Source of the DNA: a virus
Taxonomy: Duplodnaviria; Heunggongvirae; Uroviricota; Caudoviricetes
Virus record (IMG/VR): IMGVR_UViG_3300035208_005701
DNA length: 64,000 nucleotides
Strand: one strand, 5' to 3'
Within the stretch, counting starts at the first letter, position 1. Each line of letters starts with the position of its first letter. The notes beneath the pieces are model-generated. The model was given only the letters and a program-made list of their open reading frames with translations. It was not told the DNA's origin and made no database searches. This document shows, one piece after another, positions 46,946-54,923 of the stretch. Position numbers and translations under genes: made by a program.

Positions 46946-47185
46946 ATGAGTGATATTTGTAAATGTAAATTATGTAAAAGATCCAGAAAAGTTAAAAGAT
47001 ATTTATATAAAATTTCAGATGAAAAAGTTAGAAAGTTTTTTCGTCAAATATATGAGTCATTAAATAATGTTGAATTCGATGTAGAGTGGCTAGCTGCAAG
47101 AAAAGAGACATTTGCAAAGTATCTTATGAATAAAAAATTATTATATGATTTTACAGTTTGGAAAATGGGAAATAAAGAATTTTAA
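46946..47185 (+). CDS. Hypothetical basic small protein (79 aa)
   Basis: ORF between the tRNA genes. Confidence 0.4.
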   Translation: MSDICKCKLCKRSRKVKRYLYKISDEKVRKFFRQIYESLNNVEFDVEWLAARKETFAKYLMNKKLLYDFTVWKMGNKEF

Positions 47186-47187
47186 TT

Positions 47188-47269
47188 GCCGAGTTGTCGG
47201 AATTGGTATACGAGCAGGTCTTAGAAATCTGTGGAGAAATCTATAAAAGTTCAAATCTTTTACTCGGCA
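47188..47269 (+). tRNA. tRNA-Leu (anticodon TAG), type II with a long variable arm, 82 nt
   Basis: Hand-folded. Perfect 7-bp acceptor gccgagt / actcggc, discriminator A. 3-bp D-stem tcg/cga with an 11-nt D-loop. Anticodon arm caggt-ctTAGaa-atctg. 13-nt variable region. T-arm aaaag-ttcaaat-ctttt. Confidence 0.75.
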
Positions 47270-47288
47270 CTTATAATAAGGAGTGAAC

Positions 47289-47513
47289 ATGATAATTTCA
47301 GCTGCGATGCTTATCAATTCTAAAATATATACTGGAAAACGTCATTATAACATAATAAAAGATAATCCTGGATTAACATTTAAAGATGGTATTCAGGGAT
47401 TTGTAGATGATAAAGATAAATTTTTAAATAGAAAACAAGCAGCTATAGAAGCTTTTAAGTGTGGTCAAATTTCAAAAAAAGTAACAGTTTTATTAAGTGA
47501 AGATTTGTATTAA
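47289..47513 (+). CDS. Hypothetical small protein (start at the ATG after AAGGAGTGAAC)
   Basis: ORF only. Confidence 0.4.
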   Translation: MIISAAMLINSKIYTGKRHYNIIKDNPGLTFKDGIQGFVDDKDKFLNRKQAAIEAFKCGQISKKVTVLLSEDLY

Positions 47514-47694
47514 GGATTCAATAATGTTAATTAAAGTTAAAAGATATGATACTACTTATTATTATCCAACTGAAACAAGATATATGATATATAATATTAA
47601 AAAGAGAAAATTAATTAAATCATCTGAAGAAACAAAATCTAAAAATAAAATAGATATTTACGCATAAAGTTAAATTTAATATTTAGGGGTAAAA

Positions 47695-48048
47695 ATGAAA
47701 ATTCGAACAGGATTTGTTAGTAGTTCTTCTTTTGTAATTTATGGAATTAGATTAACTAAAGATCAAATTAATTATTTGCTTAAAAAATATAAGGTTGATA
47801 CTGTAGATGAATTACCAAGAAAATTCGGAGATGTTGAATTGGTATATAGTTCAGATGATGCTCCCTCAGAAAAAATAAATTACTTTCTCGCAAATTGGAT
47901 ATCTCCCGAAATATATGGTATAGGTGAGTATGATTTAACTTGTAATGATATATTGAAAATTAAAGAATCAATTTATAAAATACTAGATGTAAGAATTGAA
48001 CCTAAATTAATTGTCAAATATAATGAAAGTAAGAAATGGATTCATTAG
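47695..48048 (+). CDS. Divergent member 6 of the family (MKIRTGFVSSSSFVIYG; shortened Ser run)
   Basis: N-terminus MKIRTGFVSSSSF. Confidence 0.5.
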   Translation: MKIRTGFVSSSSFVIYGIRLTKDQINYLLKKYKVDTVDELPRKFGDVELVYSSDDAPSEKINYFLANWISPEIYGIGEYDLTCNDILKIKESIYKILDVRIEPKLIVKYNESKKWIH

Positions 48049-48223
48049 TAACTCGAGTAGTTCTTCTTTTATAGTTTGTGTAAGATTTATATATGATAGT
48101 TTCAACAATTCCAATAAATTATTGATTGATAAAAAATCTATAAAAAACTTATTAATTATGGATTTCAGAAATGTAATTGGTCAAGTCCAATATCATTGTA
48201 TTTTAATGAAGATTTGTTATTAA
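48023..48223 (+). CDS. Member 7 of the family, apparently truncated (MKVRNGFISNSSSSSFIVCV..., about 66 aa). Possibly a pseudogene, with the continuation frameshifted into 48196..48426
   Basis: Canonical N-terminus, but the ORF ends early. The adjacent ORF is in a different frame. Confidence 0.4.
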   Translation: MKVRNGFISNSSSSSFIVCVRFIYDSFNNSNKLLIDKKSIKNLLIMDFRNVIGQVQYHCILMKICY

Positions 48224-48527
48224 TTAATTATAAAGAGGTAATTGATAATATTAATATTAAAACTTTAGGATATTGTATACAATGCAATCAAAATGATGTG
48301 ATAGAATTTTTGGTGGAAAATAAAATATCATTTAATTCAACTATTCATAATTTATCTGAAATTTTATTATATGATTCTGAAAAAAGATTTAATGTATTTT
48401 TATCAAAATTATGGATGTCAACATGAATTTGATATGATACTAAATAAAAATAATTTAATAGAGATAAAAGATAAATCCCCGTTAAAAGTATTAACAGGGA
48501 AATCTTGGTTGAAAAAATATAAGTAAT

Positions 48528-48600
48528 GGTGGTGTTGGCCGAGAGGTTTAGGCACTGGCCTGTGGAGCCAGAAAGATGGGTTCAATTCCCATACATCACC
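48528..48600 (+). tRNA. tRNA-His (anticodon GTG) with an encoded extra 5' G(-1)
   Basis: Hand-folded. G-1 then gtggtgt / acatcac acceptor (one G-U) and discriminator C. D-arm gcc-gagaggttta-ggc. Anticodon arm ctggc-ctGTGga-gccag. T-arm atggg-ttcaatt-cccat. No encoded CCA. Confidence 0.75.
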
Positions 48601-48625
48601 TATTCTCACAAAGAAAGGTTTTGAA

Positions 48626-49432
48626 ATGAGTTTTGAAAGATATAATGATTTATTAGTATATGCAAATCTTTCAAAGATGATTTATTTTGATGAAATAAGA
48701 TTTAAAATAGAATTAATAAAATCGCATTTGAGTGTTTCTTTTTTATCATGGATAGAAAATAAAGAAACAAATACTCAATGTGCGTTTATTAAATATAACA
48801 ATAAATTGATTCTAGTATTTAGAGGAACTACTCCAATTTCATCAGATATAAAAGAATTTTTTAATGATATTGAAACTAATATAAATTTTAAATTAAAAAA
48901 TTCAAAATTTAAAAATGAAAATTATAAAGTTCATAGTGGTTTTTTAAAATGTTATTTATCTATAAAAGATCAAATTGTTCAATTTTTAGGATTAACAAAA
49001 GAACTAATAATAATAGGACATAGTCTTGGTGGAGCTCTTGGTCATGTTGCAGCTTTGAATTTAAAAAATGAAGAAAAACTTAATAACAATTTATTTATTA
49101 GATGTTATACTTTTGCTTCTCCTAAGGTTGGAGATGAGAATTTTGTAAAATTATCAGATAAAAATTATAGAAGTTTAAATGTAATAAATGTTCAAGATCC
49201 GATTCCATGTTTACCTCAAAATATTTTTGGATATTGTAATTTGGGTCATGAATTATTATTAGGAAAAAATAATTGCTATATAAAATCTTTGAAAGTTCAT
49301 GCGATAGTTAAATATATAGAACTTATAAATAACACTATAATTCAATCAAATTTGCATCGAAATTTAAAATATCAAAAATTTAGATTCAAAATATTATCTA
49401 AAATTAAATGTATTATTCGAAAAATTTTTTAA
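48626..49432 (+). CDS. Class 3 lipase (alpha/beta hydrolase)
   Basis: Nucleophile elbow IIGHSLGGALGHVAAL (GHSLGG) and YRVHSGF upstream. Confidence 0.65.
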   Translation: MSFERYNDLLVYANLSKMIYFDEIRFKIELIKSHLSVSFLSWIENKETNTQCAFIKYNNKLILVFRGTTPISSDIKEFFNDIETNINFKLKNSKFKNENYKVHSGFLKCYLSIKDQIVQFLGLTKELIIIGHSLGGALGHVAALNLKNEEKLNNNLFIRCYTFASPKVGDENFVKLSDKNYRSLNVINVQDPIPCLPQNIFGYCNLGHELLLGKNNCYIKSLKVHAIVKYIELINNTIIQSNLHRNLKYQKFRFKILSKIKCIIRKIF

Positions 49433-50071
49433 AGGGAATCATTAATGAAGAAACTAATAAATAATATAATTATTTGGTTTTTACTAGTGTGTTTATGAAT
49501 TTTTGGAATTGTTTGTATTATTCCGTGGATGGTGATAGTTTTATTGTTCATATCTGGCATGATATTAATTGGAATGTGTTTAAGTATTCCATTATTTATA
49601 AGTGACCATTTATTGAAAAAAGGAGATGATCTATGGTTGCAGAAAGAAGTAATTTTAAAGGTTCTAATGTATTAATACTGAAGAAAAATGAAGATGATAA
49701 ATATCCTTTTTCTTTTGGAGTAGCTAAAGCTAAAATGATTCTTGAAAATATAGAAGAAATAAAAAAATTTATTTTAGATAATGAACGAGTTTAATATTTT
49801 TGACATCTGATAATTTAAACGAGTAAGATTAATATACCTATTAAAATTCCATTATATGTTTTTTCAAAGGGGGTTGGATGGGAATGTGAAATTATTAAAG
49901 TTTTTTCAGTACTTTTTTACTTGCGAATACTATAGGAAAATGAAAAAAATTCATAGACTATTTAAAAACTATGATATCGTTGATGAATATGATACTAAAT
50001 TGAACATCTATAAAAGAAAATTATAACATTATAATTAAATATGTATCAAAATTAATATAAAGGGGTTGGTC

Positions 50072-50713
50072 ATGGAAGCAAGAGAAATTATGAAAATAGT
50101 AACTGAAAACAAAAATATTACACTTACAGGTATTGCAAAGGAACTTGGATATAGTAAAGCGAATGATAAATTAAAAGATTTAATTATTCAATTAGTGGAT
50201 AAAGAAAATTTAATTAAAGATGAATCAGAATTTCATCCGAAATATTCAGTAGGTCAAGAACTATTTGAATTTAATGAATTTGAAGAAAAAATTCTAGATG
50301 GTTATACAATCAATAAATTACCAAATGGAAAAATTAAGATAACTATAAATAATCCTAAAAAAGTATTAACTATAGATGGAAATGCTATTTTACTAATTGT
50401 TCAGAATAAAATAAATGATTCAGATCTTCATGTATATGTAATAAAAATGAAGAATGGTGCAGTTAAAGCAAAAGAAGAAATTCTTAAAAGTATTTTCAAC
50501 TTCAGAGTGATTAAAAATCTAGTATCATGTGTTACAAAAGATGTAATAACAAATGAAATAATAAAAAATATTGATGATGTGATATTATCTCAAGATCATC
50601 TTATGATATATAGTATAAATGCATATAATAAAGCTGCTAAAAAAGATAGAATTTTACTTGCTTATTTAAAAGATGTAATGTCAGTAGGAAAATATTGGAG
50701 CAGCAAAAGATAA
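50072..50713 (+). CDS. Hypothetical protein (start at the ATG after AAAGGGG; the track start 50066 is a TTG)
   Basis: ORF only. Confidence 0.45.
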   Translation: MEAREIMKIVTENKNITLTGIAKELGYSKANDKLKDLIIQLVDKENLIKDESEFHPKYSVGQELFEFNEFEEKILDGYTINKLPNGKIKITINNPKKVLTIDGNAILLIVQNKINDSDLHVYVIKMKNGAVKAKEEILKSIFNFRVIKNLVSCVTKDVITNEIIKNIDDVILSQDHLMIYSINAYNKAAKKDRILLAYLKDVMSVGKYWSSKR

Positions 50714-50777
50714 TTTGATTTAATATATGAAACGGAAATAATTAATTATTTCCGTTTCATTGTTTTAAGGAGTTTAA

Positions 50778-52502
50778 ATGATTACAAATGAAAATATAAA
50801 TGTTCCTGGTATATTGAATATATTTAAAGAAGTGTTATTTGAAGATATAAAGTATCATAATTATTTATTTAATACAGCATTTTCTAAAGTCGGAAGAACA
50901 ATTTCAAATTATAAAATAGATTTTTTACATGTTCCGATAGCTCATACAACTTATGGTAGTAGTCAGTTTCTTGTAAAATTTCAAAATTGCTCAATAGAAT
51001 CATTAAGAAGTGATTATTTTGCTAGTAGAAGATATGATGATCATTTAAAGCATACTAGTTTATTATTTAATAAATATCGAAATATTAATTTAAATCCGAA
51101 ATTGAATATTAAAGGAGCTTATATAAATATTCAATCAATTAAAAGTTTAGAAATTTTAAATCGACAGGATGAAGCAGGAGCAATTAAAGAATTTTATTAT
51201 ATAGGAAAAAGACATATATTATTTGGTTATATAAATAATCAGTTAAATTTAATAATCAGATCTAAAGTGTTAGATATAATATTAAAAAGTAATGAAAGAG
51301 AAATATGTAAAACATTAATCAGAGATATATTAGATCGACATGTTGATATTCTTTCTCATATTAATACATTAGATATGAATTTTTTAAATCCTATCACTGC
51401 TCAAAAAATAAAAAAGGATACATTAGAATATATAAGACGCATGTATCCTATCTCTATACCAAATTATGATATAAATCCTCAAATAATAGATGATATTTCA
51501 TCCAGTGTTGTTTCTAAAATTTCTAAGAATACTGTGTTTGGTTGTTCTAAACAATTTAATTATTCAGATATAATATCAGAAATTTTTTCCAATCATAAAA
51601 GAATATTACAAACGGATACTGCTGAAGCATTTAAAACTGGATTAATTGTTGGTATTAAATTAGAGGCTTTGGGATGGAAATATTCTCAAAATCAAAAATT
51701 TATATCAGCAAGTTTTAGTAAAATATTATATGAAAAAGAAGTAAATATTATTCCAAAAATAATAATATATAGAAAAGTTCAATATGAAATTCCAGAAGAA
51801 TATAGATATTGGAAAATAACTAAATTGTATTATGATATATTTGGATTATTGTTTGCTGATGGAACTTCATCTGTAGAAGTGAAATCAGAAAATCATCCTA
51901 ATATTGATAACAATGGGAAAGTATGTACTGGAGATTTAAATTTAAATTGTGTAACAAGCGAACCTGTTTTAAAAAGTTCATTGTTGAAAGTAGAATCTTT
52001 ATTAGAAAGAATTAATTTAGATTCCCCACATAGAAAATATGAATTTATTATTGACTTAATAAAAAATAATAAATTTAAATGTTTAGAAGTAGATAATAAA
52101 GATATAGAGATAAATGATATTGACTCAATTGTTCGAGGAGTATCATTAAATAATAACGTAGAAGAAATAGATTTATCTGAAATTAACGATCAAAAAGAAA
52201 AGATTGAATTGATAGAGGATGAAGATAAAAAAATTATATCAGCTATTGTACCTATTGATACTTGCGAATTAACTACTAATGAACAATTAGAGGAAAATCT
52301 TATTCAGCAATATGGTGAAATAATAGAACGAGATGATACTACTCAACCTAATCATTTTTTAATTTTAGATGATGGAAAATCAATGGAAGCAATAGATGTT
52401 AAACAAGAATCTTTTATCTCCACTGATGCATTTATGACAGAATTAAAAAATACTGATCAAGAAATTTTATTGGGGAGTAAACAAAATGAGCGAAATATTT
52501 GA
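50778..52502 (+). CDS. Large protein containing a ubiquitin-conjugating enzyme (E2/UBC)-like active-site motif
   Basis: ...VEVKSENHPNIDNNGKVCTGDLNLN matches the canonical UBC HPN(I/V)..NG.IC..IL catalytic motif (compare UbcH5 HPNINSNGSICLDIL). Confidence 0.5.
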   Translation: MITNENINVPGILNIFKEVLFEDIKYHNYLFNTAFSKVGRTISNYKIDFLHVPIAHTTYGSSQFLVKFQNCSIESLRSDYFASRRYDDHLKHTSLLFNKYRNINLNPKLNIKGAYINIQSIKSLEILNRQDEAGAIKEFYYIGKRHILFGYINNQLNLIIRSKVLDIILKSNEREICKTLIRDILDRHVDILSHINTLDMNFLNPITAQKIKKDTLEYIRRMYPISIPNYDINPQIIDDISSSVVSKISKNTVFGCSKQFNYSDIISEIFSNHKRILQTDTAEAFKTGLIVGIKLEALGWKYSQNQKFISASFSKILYEKEVNIIPKIIIYRKVQYEIPEEYRYWKITKLYYDIFGLLFADGTSSVEVKSENHPNIDNNGKVCTGDLNLNCVTSEPVLKSSLLKVESLLERINLDSPHRKYEFIIDLIKNNKFKCLEVDNKDIEINDIDSIVRGVSLNNNVEEIDLSEINDQKEKIELIEDEDKKIISAIVPIDTCELTTNEQLEENLIQQYGEIIERDDTTQPNHFLILDDGKSMEAIDVKQESFISTDAFMTELKNTDQEILLGSKQNERNI

Positions 52503-53136
52503 TAGACAATATGCATTAGATTTAAATAAAATAGGTTCTGTATTAGTAATGGGTGTAGGAGGAATAGGTTCTTGGGTTGCTTTAGATTTAGCTTTATCTG
52601 GTTGTGCACGAAATTTGATATTGGCAGACTTTGATATAATAGAAGAAAGTAATCTTAATAGAACTCCTTTTAGATTGTGTGATATTGGAAAATTAAAAGT
52701 GGATGCTTTAAAATATTTAATAAATGAAAGAAGGGCATCTATTAATGTATTACATACAATATCATCTAAAAACAATGTATTAGAAATACAATCTTTTGAT
52801 TGTAATGTAATAATTGATTGTAGAGATATTATTAGTGATGATTTATATAATATATCAACTTGTTGTAAACATTATTATAAAGTTGGTTATGATGGATTTT
52901 CTATAACAATAGATCCTAAACCTGAAAAAACTAAATTAATGGAACTTGGTCTTGGACAATTGGGATATCGGGCAATTCCATCTTATATAATTCCAGCTCA
53001 ATTAGCTGCATGTTTAGTAATAAATGAAATATTGACAAGGCCACATATAGATCAATTTGTTACTTTTGATTGTAGGCATATTTTACCAGCAATGAATCAG
53101 TATTCAAACAAAGGAGAAAATAATGGAGTTAAATAA
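52486..53136 (+). CDS. E1-like / ThiF-MoeB family adenylyltransferase (compact, 216 aa)
   Basis: VLVMGVGGIGSWVALDLALSG (GxGxxG Rossmann), ADFDIIEESNLNRTPF (D.D..E.SNLNRQ) and VIIDCRD. Confidence 0.65.
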   Translation: MSEIFDRQYALDLNKIGSVLVMGVGGIGSWVALDLALSGCARNLILADFDIIEESNLNRTPFRLCDIGKLKVDALKYLINERRASINVLHTISSKNNVLEIQSFDCNVIIDCRDIISDDLYNISTCCKHYYKVGYDGFSITIDPKPEKTKLMELGLGQLGYRAIPSYIIPAQLAACLVINEILTRPHIDQFVTFDCRHILPAMNQYSNKGENNGVK

Positions 53137-53824
53137 ATCAGAAAATGAAATAGATTTATCAGGAGAAAATTTTAAAGATGGAAAAGAAAAGATTCATCCG
53201 TGTTTTGAAAAACAATTAGTAAAAAATATTAAATCATTTGAAACATTAAGTCATATTAAACCTTTAAAAAGTCCATTGATATGTTATGTTCCAGAAAGTA
53301 TTTTGATATTATTAAGATCAATAGAAAAGAATATGACTAAATCTTTAGAATTTGGAATTTTTGTACATGGTGATCTTAATCATTCAATGGATCTGATTTT
53401 GACTGAGAAATTTTATGTTCCTAAGCAAACAGTAACTCCAGTATCAATTGATTTTAAAGAAGAAGTTGATAAGAAGATATTTAATGGTGTTATTCATAGA
53501 CATCCAAGTATGTGTAATAATTTCAGTGGAACAGATGATGATCATATAAATTCAAATTTTGATTTTTCTTTATTATATGTAAATAATAATATAACTAGAG
53601 GAGTTCTTAATTTAGAATTAAAAGATCATTTAAGAATTCAAATTCCGTTAGAAATAAAAATACTTTATCCAGTATCATATGATGTGACTAATTTAATTAC
53701 CAAAATAGAAGAACAGAAAGAAAGTATGGAATTATTCCTTCACAAAGATAATATGTCATCTTCTACTGAGTCATTAAATGAATATTTAGATAATAGTGAT
53801 ATTTTATTTCCAGACGAATTTTAA
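53123..53824 (+). CDS. JAB/MPN (JAMM) metalloprotease, deubiquitinase-like
   Basis: Exact JAMM motif HxHx7Sx2D: IHRHPSMCNNFSGTDDDH. An upstream Glu (..E..) precedes it. Confidence 0.7.
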   Translation: MELNKSENEIDLSGENFKDGKEKIHPCFEKQLVKNIKSFETLSHIKPLKSPLICYVPESILILLRSIEKNMTKSLEFGIFVHGDLNHSMDLILTEKFYVPKQTVTPVSIDFKEEVDKKIFNGVIHRHPSMCNNFSGTDDDHINSNFDFSLLYVNNNITRGVLNLELKDHLRIQIPLEIKILYPVSYDVTNLITKIEEQKESMELFLHKDNMSSSTESLNEYLDNSDILFPDEF

Positions 53825-53835
53825 ATGTGTTACTC

Positions 53836-53876
53836 AGTACTCCCTTAGAATAAATAATAAGGGAGTACTTATTTTA
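53836..53876 (+). terminator. Rho-independent terminator (agtactccc ... gggagtact, then tattttaaaa)
   Basis: Perfect 9-bp stem read directly, 12 nt after the JAB stop. Confidence 0.55.
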
Positions 53877-53890
53877 AAAGGAGTTTTTAT

Positions 53891-54922
53891 ATGAAACGAT
53901 TTTTTAGTGCTGATATTCATTTATCAGGATATCAATCAGACATTATTAACAGTGAATCTTTTTTAACTCAACGACTGCATAATATTATGAAGACGTTGGA
54001 TTATGGTGCAAATTATTGTAGAACTCATGGAATTCGTTTTTGGGACATAGGTGGAGATTTGAATAATGATAAAGATGTGATTTATACATTAGCTCAAGAT
54101 GCTTTTAAAAATTTTATACTTAAAAACAAAGATATTCATTTTACAATAATTAGTGGAAATCATGATCTTAGTTCTACTGGTGAAGGTCAATCTAGTTCTA
54201 TTTCAGTATTTGAAGGTTATGATAATGTAACTGCAATTACGAAATTGACATATGTTGATAAGATTGCATTTTTACCATATTCTAATAAATTAATATCAGA
54301 ACTTAAAAAGATAAAAGAAGATGATGAATCATGTCAAATTCTAATATCGCATTTTGGCGTAAATGAAGGAATGTTGCAGTCGGGGTTATCCATAGTAGCT
54401 GATGTCAAGATTTCCCATTTAAAGCAGTTTAAATTGGTTTTAGTGGGACATTATCATAAACCCCAAGACATAACTAATGAATATACTAGATTATATTATG
54501 TAGGAAATCCTTCACATCTTTCATGGAATGATAAAAATGAACAAAAAAGATTCATAGTATATGATACAGAAACTTTAGAAGTAGAATCAATTCCAATTAC
54601 TGGATTTATAGAATATAAAGAGTTTGTTGTAAATAACAGACAAGAATATGAACTAATAGCAGATGAAGCAGAAAAATTAAATAATTTAGGACATCATGTA
54701 AAAATAAGAAGAAATTATCAAGATACAGAACAATCTACTAAGAAGGAAACATCAGGGGTAATGATAATTGATAAACCTGCAGAAGTTGATATAACTAATA
54801 GAGGAATAGATTTATCTCAAACTGATTCAGAAAAAATAAGAAAATATATGGAAATAAAAAATATAGATAAAGAATTACAAGACAAACATATAAAGATATT
54901 ACAAGAAGAGGGAATACTTTGA
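53891..54922 (+). CDS. sbcD: SbcD / Mre11-family nuclease
   Basis: Phosphoesterase motifs ADIHLSG, GGDLNND, SGNHDL, GHYH. Followed by the SbcC-like ATPase. Confidence 0.75.
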   Translation: MKRFFSADIHLSGYQSDIINSESFLTQRLHNIMKTLDYGANYCRTHGIRFWDIGGDLNNDKDVIYTLAQDAFKNFILKNKDIHFTIISGNHDLSSTGEGQSSSISVFEGYDNVTAITKLTYVDKIAFLPYSNKLISELKKIKEDDESCQILISHFGVNEGMLQSGLSIVADVKISHLKQFKLVLVGHYHKPQDITNEYTRLYYVGNPSHLSWNDKNEQKRFIVYDTETLEVESIPITGFIEYKEFVVNNRQEYELIADEAEKLNNLGHHVKIRRNYQDTEQSTKKETSGVMIIDKPAEVDITNRGIDLSQTDSEKIRKYMEIKNIDKELQDKHIKILQEEGIL

Positions 54923-54923
54923 A

